DNA of 58,074 nt from a virus (Duplodnaviria > Caudoviricetes): positions 1-58,074 of the IMG/VR virus record IMGVR_UViG_3300020727_000860. One strand, written 5' to 3'. Below the pieces are notes generated by a model that worked only from the letters and a program-made list of their open reading frames with translations, was not told the DNA's origin and did no database searches. This document shows, piece after piece, positions 48,575 through 56,998 of this stretch. A program made the translations under genes and the position numbers. Positions within the stretch are counted from its first letter, which is position 1; each line of letters begins with the position of its first letter.

Positions 48575-49231
48575 TGTTATTATATTTTTAATTATGTCTA
48601 AATACTTTTTATCTCTTTCTGGTTTAAAATGTTTGGAACTTGACACATCAATGGTACAAAATTCTATTTTACTTTCTAAACAAGCTTGAAATTTTCTATC
48701 ATCATTGTTTTTAACACTTTCTAACTTTTTATCTCCATATATAGGTTCATAGTGAAATATTCCATTTAGTTCAAATGCTAAATTTAAACTTGGTATATAA
48801 ATATCCAGTTCACTATTTATGGCTTCCTTTCCGTTGAAAATAATTTCAAAAGAAAATTCCTTTTTTAATTCATCCTCTATCCAAGCTTCTAACTTACTTC
48901 TTCTTGTTCCTGTTGATTTATGTGTATTGTTATATTTAGCAGCACATGAACTCGAACAAAAAATATTGGTGGTTTTATTCTTCCTCAATTCATAAGGCTT
49001 TTTTAATACCTTACTATCACAATAAACACACGAAAGTTCTATAATCGTGTTTCTATTTTCATAGTGACATTTTTGACTACAGAATTTTATTTCACCCTTG
49101 TTCGATTTTATTTCATGTTTTATATGCTTTTTTTCTTTTAAAAAATTTTCACCACATTCACAACACTCAACTTTTAACTTATCATTTGATTTCGCCTTAT
49201 CGAATTCCTCCTTGGTATATTTTATTTTCAT
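48521..49231 (-). CDS. Zn-finger plus Vsr/DUF559-like putative homing endonuclease
   Basis: FCSQKC and FCSSSC; ELDIYIPSLNLAFELNGIFHY...D..K...C. Confidence 0.75.
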   Translation of the reverse strand: MKIKYTKEEFDKAKSNDKLKVECCECGENFLKEKKHIKHEIKSNKGEIKFCSQKCHYENRNTIIELSCVYCDSKVLKKPYELRKNKTTNIFCSSSCAAKYNNTHKSTGTRRSKLEAWIEDELKKEFSFEIIFNGKEAINSELDIYIPSLNLAFELNGIFHYEPIYGDKKLESVKNNDDRKFQACLESKIEFCTIDVSSSKHFKPERDKKYLDIIKNIITMNRNNVYQQQQQINQTD

Positions 49232-49292
49232 ATTATATATATTAAATAATCAATATCTGTTTTCTCTACTTATACGAATGGTAATAAATTTG

Positions 49293-49365
49293 TCGAGAAT
49301 GTGCGATTCGAACGCCTCTCCAGAGCCCCAAACTCCATGTGCAACCGGGTTACACCTCATTCTCG
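49293..49365 (-). tRNA. tRNA-Pro(TGG)
   Basis: C1-G72 acceptor CGAGAAT/ATTCTCG, A73; loop TTTGGGG; GTTCGAAT. Confidence 0.8.
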
Positions 49366-49370
49366 TTTTG

Positions 49371-49442
49371 CGGACGTAGATGGGACTTGAACCCATATCG
49401 ACCCTCAAATAGGGCCATTCTTGCCAATTGAACTACACATCC
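49371..49442 (-). tRNA. Atypical tRNA or tRNA-like RNA (possible TTT anticodon, undetermined)
   Basis: Good acceptor, D and T arms; anticodon arm GCCCT-ATTTG-AGGGT is short; extra base before the acceptor 3' strand. Confidence 0.5.
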
Positions 49443-49447
49443 ATTTG

Positions 49448-49518
49448 TTGTCCCTCAGGGATTCGAACCCCAGCTAGATGGACCAAAACCACCTGTACTA
49501 CCGCTATACTAAAGGACA
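49448..49518 (-). tRNA. tRNA-Gln(TTG)
   Basis: TGTCCTT/AGGGACA; GGTGG-TTTTGGT-CCATC; GTTCGAAT. Confidence 0.9.
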
Positions 49519-49574
49519 ATGTGACTTTTTGATAAGCATAGAAGTCTAACTAGTTCCTGTCTTAGAGGAAGTCG

Positions 49575-49657
49575 CGGTCCCGACGGGAATTGAACCCGCT
49601 ACAGTCATAAAACCACGGAGTGACAATCCGCTGCACCAACCATTATGCGCCAAGACC
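49575..49657 (-). tRNA. tRNA-Asp(GTC) with long variable arm
   Basis: GCGGA-TTGTCAC-TCCGT; G73; 15-nt variable region. Confidence 0.8.
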
Positions 49658-49663
49658 AAATTG

Positions 49664-49737
49664 CGGAATGTACGGGATTCGAACCCGTGACCTTCTCCGT
49701 GACAGGGAGACATTGTTACCAACTCTACTAACACTCC
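49664..49737 (-). tRNA. tRNA-Asp(GTC)
   Basis: TCTCC-CTGTCAC-GGAGA; G73; canonical T arm. Confidence 0.92.
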
Positions 49738-49798
49738 GTATTTCTAATTCTAAGCAACCGGTTTCAGGTTCTATGAATTAGTAACAGTCCATTACTTG

Positions 49799-49871
49799 TC
49801 GAAAATGTTGGATTCGAACCACTCCTCTTCCTTCCAGGGGAAGTATGCAACCGGTTTACAACACATTCTCG
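49799..49871 (-). tRNA. tRNA-Pro(TGG), atypical loop
   Basis: C1-G72, A73; CTTCC-CCTGGAA-GGAAG gives C33 and A37. Confidence 0.75.
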
Positions 49872-49880
49872 TTATGACAT

Positions 49881-49914
49881 AAAAAAACCCATTTAGTTTG
49901 TGACTAAATGGGTT
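49881..49914 (-). terminator. Attenuator terminator between leader and first tRNA
   Basis: AACCCATTTAGT-CACAA-ACTAAATGGGTT followed by T-run on the minus strand. Confidence 0.85.
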
Positions 49915-49934
49915 ATAAAAAGTTTTTACAGTTT

Positions 49935-50024
49935 TTACAACATGCAATTAGCCACTCCAGTATCAGTATCCTGATCGGGTTGTTGTGGTTGAACTTGTGG
50001 TTGTATGTTTAAAACTGTTTTCAT
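49935..50024 (-). CDS. Putative attenuator leader peptide MKTVLNIQPQVQPQQPDQDTDTGVANCML
   Basis: 29-codon ORF with 6 Gln, 3 Pro and 3 Asp within codons 8-21; preceded by promoter motifs and followed by a terminator. Confidence 0.75.
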   Translation of the reverse strand: MKTVLNIQPQVQPQQPDQDTDTGVANCML

Positions 50025-50076
50025 AATAGTATATATTATATTTTTATTTTCCCTTTTGTTTTATTTTTTATGAATA

Positions 50077-50107
50077 CAAAGATACGAAGTTTTTTCTTAC
50101 CACCAAA
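50077..50107 (-). promoter_or_regulatory. Bacteroidota sigma70-type promoter for the leader/tRNA operon
   Basis: TTTG-N19-TAtcTTTG; a TAATATATA motif also lies at 50030-50038. Confidence 0.7.
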
Positions 50108-50108
50108 A

Positions 50109-51149
50109 TTATTTTACAAGACTAACAAATTCTTCAAATTTATAATCTGTGAATTCATTTACATAAGTAATTGTTACATTAACTGGTGAATCTATACTCT
50201 GTTTAACTACTGATATTAAATCTTTTTCTTTTTCACCAAGTGGATCGGCTATTATTTGTAGTTCTAAGTCATTTATAGTTTTTTGAATAACTTTAAATCT
50301 TTTTATACCAAATTTATCATATTGTGGTGATCCAAATAATGGCCATTTTTTATCACCATTTGGCATAACAAACATGTTTCTCACTCTACCCTTTATTTCT
50401 TTGATAGTCTGTAAACTTCTTCCACAATTACACTCTCCCATAATAATATGGTCGCCGTGTTTATATCTTTTTATATAAGGATTTGTCAAACAAGTAACTA
50501 TAATTCCACCATCTTCATCAGTTTCCACTATTATATTTTCCATAACATGCATCACAGATGGATTATCCGGACATTGTATTGCTATTGTTCCACACTCTTC
50601 ACTTGAATACATAGTTCCTCCTAATTCTCCTGTTCCTTTCCAGTCAATAAAATTACTTAATTTAGATGTATCTAATTGTTTAAATACTGATGGATAACAT
50701 TGTATGTATTGTGGATTAATATTATCCAACCATTTTTGTAATTCTAATGTTGGTTTAATTCCACTCACAAATGCTTTTCCTTGTATTGGGTAAATATTTT
50801 TTGGAAAGCCCCAATTATCCATCGTGATGGATGGAGCACCTGGTTTTATAATAGCTATATTCTTTGTAACATCCCATTTTCTCCATATCATTTCTCTGAT
50901 ATTTGTTGCAGCATGCCATATAATATCATGATATGTTTTTTCAACTTTTACTGGTTCGCCAGTTGAACCAGATGTATTTGAGGAGTGAACTCCTCTTCTC
51001 ATTTCAATTTTTCTTAAATCTTCCTTAGTAATGATTTTATATTTGTTCAATATACCTCTATCATATTTGTGCATCCATTGAGTCACCTCAAGATTTATTA
51101 ATAATGTCTGTATATCTTTTTCTACTTTATCTTGTGTTAAAATTTCCAT
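50109..51149 (-). CDS. phenylacetate-CoA ligase/CapK-like adenylate-forming enzyme
   Basis: TSGSTGEP, YSSEECG.IA.QC, RYKHGD, C.CGR, I.GR. Confidence 0.8.
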   Translation of the reverse strand: MEILTQDKVEKDIQTLLINLEVTQWMHKYDRGILNKYKIITKEDLRKIEMRRGVHSSNTSGSTGEPVKVEKTYHDIIWHAATNIREMIWRKWDVTKNIAIIKPGAPSITMDNWGFPKNIYPIQGKAFVSGIKPTLELQKWLDNINPQYIQCYPSVFKQLDTSKLSNFIDWKGTGELGGTMYSSEECGTIAIQCPDNPSVMHVMENIIVETDEDGGIIVTCLTNPYIKRYKHGDHIIMGECNCGRSLQTIKEIKGRVRNMFVMPNGDKKWPLFGSPQYDKFGIKRFKVIQKTINDLELQIIADPLGEKEKDLISVVKQSIDSPVNVTITYVNEFTDYKFEEFVSLVK

Positions 51150-51583
51150 ACAAAAAATGAATAATCATTAAATATTTTAGAGTCTGTTGGATTTATTTGA
51201 AAATCTTCCGACTTTGGAAAATATTCAGCTATTCGCATGGTGGGTAACTTGTAGTTAAAGCTTCTGGTAATAAATACATTACAATGATTACTAGCCATAT
51301 CTAAAATCCCATCACATAATTTTTTATTGAAGCAAAGGCCACCATCTAATATTATATTAGAATAGTAATTTTTGTTTGTTAACCAATCTTGTACAATCAT
51401 ACTTGGTCCTTTATACCATGGATCTATATCCATTTGATAGTCACTTATTGGAATTAAATTTTTAGTACATCCTAAAAGAAGGGTTGTACCTTTTGAAAGA
51501 TATGATTTGTATATTTCAACATCATCATTTGATGGTGATAATGGATGTGGAAAGTCCTTTGACCAATAAGTATTATCTAACAT
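51137..51583 (-). CDS. hypothetical protein, possibly a degenerate methyltransferase fold
   Basis: TLLLGCT, IILDGGL. Confidence 0.55.
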   Translation of the reverse strand: MLDNTYWSKDFPHPLSPSNDDVEIYKSYLSKGTTLLLGCTKNLIPISDYQMDIDPWYKGPSMIVQDWLTNKNYYSNIILDGGLCFNKKLCDGILDMASNHCNVFITRSFNYKLPTMRIAEYFPKSEDFQINPTDSKIFNDYSFFVWKF

Positions 51584-51601
51584 AATTTTTTATTCTTTTA
51601 G

Positions 51602-52069
51602 TTATATTAAATACTCCTTTGCACTTCCAGGTTTAAAAATCTCTAATTGCCTGATTGAGGTAGATGATATATGTTCAAATTTTTTATCACACATTATAAA
51701 TACCGATTTAACCTCTGGTTTGAAATCGTGAATAAAAGATAACTGATTATTTTCATATGACAAATCATCACCATTTCTTAACCCACGAACTAGTATAGCA
51801 TTGTAACCTTCTAACTCTTTTTGATCAATAAATTCATGAAGAAAAGTATAATACATTTCTACTTTTCTACCTATTTTCTGTGATAATTCCTGATCCCTGG
51901 GAACCCCGGAGTTATTTACCACATCATGTATTGAAACTTTAGCTGGATTAACACCTATCGCGACTAGAACATTTTCTTTTCCAAAGATTTTTTCAGCTTT
52001 TTCCACAATATTTAAATGTCCTACATGAAAAGGATTAAAACTGCCAGCATAAATAGCTAATGTTTTCAT
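51602..52069 (-). CDS. coaD: phosphopantetheine adenylyltransferase
   Basis: AIYAGSFNPFHVGH, LVRGLRN..D..YE, ISSTSIRQL. Confidence 0.85.
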   Translation of the reverse strand: MKTLAIYAGSFNPFHVGHLNIVEKAEKIFGKENVLVAIGVNPAKVSIHDVVNNSGVPRDQELSQKIGRKVEMYYTFLHEFIDQKELEGYNAILVRGLRNGDDLSYENNQLSFIHDFKPEVKSVFIMCDKKFEHISSTSIRQLEIFKPGSAKEYLI

Positions 52070-52071
52070 AA

Positions 52072-52797
52072 TTAATAATTTATTTTAACACCAAATGTCA
52101 AACTTGATACCAAATGATTTCCATATACTATGAATGTCTCATAAGTATCAACATAATTTACAGTTACGGATAATCTTTTTGTAATGAAACAATCTAAATT
52201 GACTTTAGCTCTGTGGTTATAAGAAGACCAATCATCCATTCTGGGTTGAAAATAAAATTCAACATAGTATCCAATTCTTTCAAAATTACCAAAAAACTTA
52301 GTTTTAAAACTATGTCTTAGATATTTTGTAGTAACACTATCATTGTTATAAACAGAATAATCATACAGAACAGCATACGAGGCTGATATATTAAGTGGTT
52401 TACTTTTATATAAAGACCTACCACCACCTATTGCTGCCTCGTATCTAATATCTAATTTTCTTGCGTAAGATTTAATAAATTGAAGAAATGTAAAAGAATT
52501 CCAGTCTTCATAAAAAAGTCTAGGTTGTAAAAGAAGAGAACCATCCTCCTGTATCTTTTTGTTATTTGAGTAGGAAAGTAAATAGTTACCTTCAATAGTA
52601 TAATCAGTTCTTTTATATTTCAAATAATTCAATAAATCACCCTTCAAGATGGTTTGTTTATTACCAACATTTGGGTTATTGACTATACCTGCTAAGATGA
52701 TAACTCCACGTCTTTCAATTGAGTCTCTTTTAACCTTTAAAGTATCTTGACCAAAAGAAAGAAATGGAATTATCAACAGTATAATTAAAAATCTCAT
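52072..52797 (-). CDS. DUF481-like outer-membrane beta-barrel protein
   Basis: Signal peptide MRFLIILL..SFGQ, amphipathic strands, terminal LTFGVKINY; start at ATG 52797. Confidence 0.6.
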   Translation of the reverse strand: MRFLIILLIIPFLSFGQDTLKVKRDSIERRGVIILAGIVNNPNVGNKQTILKGDLLNYLKYKRTDYTIEGNYLLSYSNNKKIQEDGSLLLQPRLFYEDWNSFTFLQFIKSYARKLDIRYEAAIGGGRSLYKSKPLNISASYAVLYDYSVYNNDSVTTKYLRHSFKTKFFGNFERIGYYVEFYFQPRMDDWSSYNHRAKVNLDCFITKRLSVTVNYVDTYETFIVYGNHLVSSLTFGVKINY

Positions 52798-52798
52798 A

Positions 52799-54010
52799 TT
52801 AATAGAAGTTATCGTATTCATGAAAGTTTTTTGTTTCTTTTGAATAAGTTTCAATTTCCTTTTTCCAAAAATCTAAATCTGGTATGAATTCAGCGAGCTC
52901 AGACCTAAAACATTCAGTGGTGTGACCGCCTTCAGATTGTGTATGTTTCACAACCAATTTAAACCCATCCCAATCTATAGATTTATGATCTACTTCTAAT
53001 GAATCTAAGAAGTCTGTTATCGAGTTTTTTTCAGACTCAATTCTGTCTTTACAAAAATCAACAGTAATCAATTCCTTGTTAAGTTTTTTTATCTTAACAC
53101 CTGAAACATAATTATATTCATCATCCATGAAGAAAATAGATTCATCTGTCTCTGCTGGTGTTACAGTAGTAACAGCTCTATTTATCGTACCACTCCTATT
53201 ACCATATCCGTAATCATCCCAATCATCACTATCACCCCACCCATAACCACGATAGTAGGAATAGTTAGAATATTCATATTTACTTGGATCACGACTAACA
53301 GGAAGTGATTCCCAATTTATTTGATTACAAGCTTTTGCCAATAACTCTAAGTGAGCAATATCTTGTTGCTCAGAAAAAGTATGTTCAGACTTATAACCTA
53401 CTGAAATGTTAGTACACTCAGGGTAAATTCGTATGAATTGTGCTGAGTCTGTATAAACACCAGTTGGGTCTGTTTTATAACTAAAAGCAGGTTCAACTCG
53501 ATTTAATTCATCAGATAAGGCTTTACCAAATTCATCTGAACAACATCTACCACTAGATTGAAATGTAATTACAGAATCATATCCACGTCTATCAAAAGAA
53601 ATTACTTTATTGATATGCTCAATTTTAGAATCTTTTAATTTACCAGCTAAACTCTTTGATCCGACACAACCAACTTCTTCACCTAAAAAGAAATAGTATA
53701 AACCAGGAACTTTCTGCTCTATCATATAAAGCATAATAGTCACACCTGCTTTATCATCCGCTCCTAATATTGAAGTACCATCTGTTTTGATGATGTTGCC
53801 ATCGAAAATATGATTAACTTCTGTATTAGCGGAAGTAGCAGTATCCAAGTGAGATGTGAACATACAACTTGGATTCTCACCTATTTGAATAAACCTGTTT
53901 CCAAATTCATCAGTATCAAATTCTTGAGGTAAAAATTCCATTACCTCAGATTCAGTACCGTGTGGGTAGGTTTTACTGGTTAGCTTTAAAAAAGTTTCTT
54001 TTATGTCCAT
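52799..54010 (-). CDS. M28/M20-family zinc peptidase-like protein
   Basis: SHLDT, LGADDKAG, GEEVGCVGS, SFDRRG, N.SVGY..EH. Confidence 0.8.
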   Translation of the reverse strand: MDIKETFLKLTSKTYPHGTESEVMEFLPQEFDTDEFGNRFIQIGENPSCMFTSHLDTATSANTEVNHIFDGNIIKTDGTSILGADDKAGVTIMLYMIEQKVPGLYYFFLGEEVGCVGSKSLAGKLKDSKIEHINKVISFDRRGYDSVITFQSSGRCCSDEFGKALSDELNRVEPAFSYKTDPTGVYTDSAQFIRIYPECTNISVGYKSEHTFSEQQDIAHLELLAKACNQINWESLPVSRDPSKYEYSNYSYYRGYGWGDSDDWDDYGYGNRSGTINRAVTTVTPAETDESIFFMDDEYNYVSGVKIKKLNKELITVDFCKDRIESEKNSITDFLDSLEVDHKSIDWDGFKLVVKHTQSEGGHTTECFRSELAEFIPDLDFWKKEIETYSKETKNFHEYDNFY

Positions 54011-54061
54011 TATACACTATAATTTCTACAAAATTACGACAATTTCAGATAATTGCCAAAT

Positions 54062-54334
54062 TTATTTTATAATCTTATTAATCTGTAAATCACGGCGAAT
54101 AACTTGCAAATTAATTTTGCGTAGTTGTTCCTCAGTATAAAATCTTTTATTAATTTCCTCCATACTTAACATTGGATATTCATTTCCAATCAGTTCACAT
54201 TGAACTACATAATCGTCAAGTTCATCCTCATATCCAGGTGGGTTTGGCATCTTTGTCGCATTATAGACTTTATCTTTATACCAAATGATTTGACCCCACA
54301 TATTTTTAATGTCTTTTTTTGGATAGAGCTTCAT
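54062..54334 (-). CDS. hypothetical protein
   Basis: 90 aa ending RRDLQINKIIK; TAtaTTTG at 54340-54347. Confidence 0.6.
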   Translation of the reverse strand: MKLYPKKDIKNMWGQIIWYKDKVYNATKMPNPPGYEDELDDYVVQCELIGNEYPMLSMEEINKRFYTEEQLRKINLQVIRRDLQINKIIK

Positions 54335-54394
54335 AAATACAAATATACAAAAATTTATTGATTGTTTGAAGTTAAATATTTAATATATATTAAT

Positions 54395-56683
54395 ATGTAT
54401 TCAATTAATCAAGATATTACTACTGGGTTTATAACTATATCAGACACATATATTGATAACCAACCACAGTTTAAAAAAAGTGGCGATACGTATGCAATGT
54501 CTTTTATAAATTTAAAAGATGTTCAAAAATTTAAATCATTTACCTACAGTACTACAGGTTCAATTGAAACAAGATATCTTACAACAAGCTATCGAGTGTC
54601 AAGAGACGCTAATAGATGGACTCCTTGGATGGAATTAGATACTAATATCACCAATTTTCCTATAGTTGATGTCAAAGATCCTATGTTTATTGATATCAAA
54701 TGGGAAAGAGCTGGTAGTTCAAATATTGGAATAATCAAGTTAAACAATTATAGTTTACAAGGAACCATACAAAGGAATCTAGTTGATGGCACTAGTACAA
54801 CCAATTTAAATTCTTCTACCAACGAAGTAATTATTAAACCACCCTACGTTTATAAAGTTTTTAAAATTACTGATTTAGAAATACTTTCAGATGGTGATAT
54901 CAATGATGTAGATATTAAATATAGATTTTCACAAGACTATGGAAGAACTGTAACTGTTTGGGAACCATTAACAAAAGAAAATATTACTACAGTTAGAATT
55001 AATCCAATTAGATTTTTCCAAATTGAATACCTATTGAAATATACTGGAAGCTCGTCTGCTAAAATTTATGATATTAATTTAATAGGAGACTTCCAGAATG
55101 TCACATTAGATTCACAAAAGACAAATTTATATGGGAGTAGAGAAGATTGTAACTGCCTAGCATTGGGAATTATTAGTGGTGATCAATCTAATAGTGGCGT
55201 CAAAAACACAGATTCAGCTAATACAGGTATCATAACTAGTCAATTATGTGATCCAAATGTTTTACAACCATTAACATCGAATGATATATCAAAACTATTT
55301 CGACCATATCAACAAACACAAGCAATTAATTTACTAAATAAATTTAGCACTGATGCAAACCAAGTATTTGGACACGAAGTAGTTTATTTTTTAACTGACC
55401 CTGACAAGAAAGGAACTGATTTTACATTCCATGAGTATCAATTATATAATTATGTTTGTTCAGATTTAATTAAAGTTTCAGTAGATGGTAATAACTTCCC
55501 TGATAACCAAATTGTTATGAACCAATTTGATTTATCATTATTTGAAAGCTTTGAAATACATATACCTAAGGACACATTTAAAACTGCATTTGGCGTTGAA
55601 AAAAGACCGAGTAAAGAGGATTTTTTGTGGTTCTGTGAAATCAATAGAATGTTTCAAGTAGAACATGCTCAACAATTTAGAAACTTTAATAACTCTGCTT
55701 TATATTATAAAGTAATGTTGAAGAAATATGTTCAAAAATCCAATATTATTGGTGTTAATCAAACTATTACAGATAAGGTTAAAGAGCTTACTAAGAACTC
55801 TACTATTGACGAGTTATTTGGTTTAGAAAATTCATTAGATAAGAAACAAGTTGCTAATGAAGAACAAACAAAAACTCTAACTCAAGATGTTTTAAGAGTT
55901 GTTATTAATGCTAACATTGATAAAGAACTGATCGAAAACTCTACCACTATAATAAGTAAATCTAATTATGACCTATCAAGTGTAGATTACCAAACCCCAG
56001 CTGTTGTTTACAGAAACTTTAGAAATCATTTCAAAGTATCTGATAACTTCTCATTTATGATTTGGTTTAGTATTAATAACTATACAGTTAATGATCTTTA
56101 TAACTTTATTAACTATTATGATGAAACTAATCAATTAGGATTTAAAATTAATCTTCAATCAAATAATATTATATTTAACTTAAATTCTGATGAGTATAGA
56201 TTTAAAATAGGATGTAGTGGTGAAGCAGATGCTTTACAAGAAAATACATGGTATTCTTATTTAGTAAATGTTAATCAAAGAAAGAGAACTATTACTCAAT
56301 ATATTTACAAGAGAAATGTTGAATTTGAAACTGATGCTGGTCTATTAAACTCAACTGTTCTACAAAAAGTTTATGTTCAACAAGATACATTGAACCCAGT
56401 TGATTTTGAAATAGAAGATGTTCAAATTACTGTATTTGGGTCAGATATGAAAGCAACTAACATCAGATTATTTAATGATGTAATACCTGAGGAAGAACAA
56501 AATAAGATACTAAACCAAATTATTGTCGGAAGAGATTATAGATATTTAATATTTGCTGATAATGCTAATATGAGATTGGTATTACCTAATCTACCATTTA
56601 ACCAAGTAGATACTAATATTGTTAGAGGTGAAGTAAATAAGATGAATTTAAATCCACCAAATTTTCCAGAATCAGATATCTAA
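54395..56683 (+). CDS. virion protein with T4 gp14-like neck domain and possible LamG-like C-domain
   Basis: FGHEVVYF...FEIHI.K..F...RPSKEDFLWF...RMFQVEH...YYKVMLKKY; ATG 54395 preceded by TAATATATA. Confidence 0.55.
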   Translation: MYSINQDITTGFITISDTYIDNQPQFKKSGDTYAMSFINLKDVQKFKSFTYSTTGSIETRYLTTSYRVSRDANRWTPWMELDTNITNFPIVDVKDPMFIDIKWERAGSSNIGIIKLNNYSLQGTIQRNLVDGTSTTNLNSSTNEVIIKPPYVYKVFKITDLEILSDGDINDVDIKYRFSQDYGRTVTVWEPLTKENITTVRINPIRFFQIEYLLKYTGSSSAKIYDINLIGDFQNVTLDSQKTNLYGSREDCNCLALGIISGDQSNSGVKNTDSANTGIITSQLCDPNVLQPLTSNDISKLFRPYQQTQAINLLNKFSTDANQVFGHEVVYFLTDPDKKGTDFTFHEYQLYNYVCSDLIKVSVDGNNFPDNQIVMNQFDLSLFESFEIHIPKDTFKTAFGVEKRPSKEDFLWFCEINRMFQVEHAQQFRNFNNSALYYKVMLKKYVQKSNIIGVNQTITDKVKELTKNSTIDELFGLENSLDKKQVANEEQTKTLTQDVLRVVINANIDKELIENSTTIISKSNYDLSSVDYQTPAVVYRNFRNHFKVSDNFSFMIWFSINNYTVNDLYNFINYYDETNQLGFKINLQSNNIIFNLNSDEYRFKIGCSGEADALQENTWYSYLVNVNQRKRTITQYIYKRNVEFETDAGLLNSTVLQKVYVQQDTLNPVDFEIEDVQITVFGSDMKATNIRLFNDVIPEEEQNKILNQIIVGRDYRYLIFADNANMRLVLPNLPFNQVDTNIVRGEVNKMNLNPPNFPESDI

Positions 56684-56998
56684 TTTTTTAATATTATTAG
56701 CTCTTCGCCAAACCAGTTTCTTTTTTTCTTTGCAAGATCCGTCATCAAAGAACATATAGTTGGTGACATATGCTAATGTCCCAGAATCTAATTTATTTGT
56801 AGTGCAATCATCACAAATAGCTATGACGAATTTTTCCCCATCATGTGTACTACCATAACCTGCTGATATCTCACCGACAGTTCCATCGTTCCACATAATT
56901 TTATTACAGTCTCCGTTAAAGACCAATTCTTCTTCACTTTCATCACGATTACCGAAATCTAAAGGTGAAATTAATTTTTCACAGCAAATACATTTCAT
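56672..56998 (-). CDS. small Zn-binding hypothetical protein
   Basis: CICC...GYGSTHDG....ICDDC. Confidence 0.6.
   Translation of the reverse strand: MKCICCEKLISPLDFGNRDESEEELVFNGDCNKIMWNDGTVGEISAGYGSTHDGEKFVIAICDDCTTNKLDSGTLAYVTNYMFFDDGSCKEKKKLVWRRANNIKKLDI

Noticed and set aside
47148-49518. Suppressor tRNA or stop-codon recoding, as in some large phages
   Set aside because: Gln anticodons are CTG and TTG, not CTA or TTA, and genes are intact and tightly packed under the standard code
49546-49734. 62-aa ORF, and 49098-49379 on the plus strand
   Set aside because: They overlap tRNA genes; spurious
49741-49790. Spacer hairpin containing a copy of the tRNA-Pro D-loop sequence (AAACCGGTTGC)
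   Set aside because: No T arm or cloverleaf; cannot support an RNA gene call
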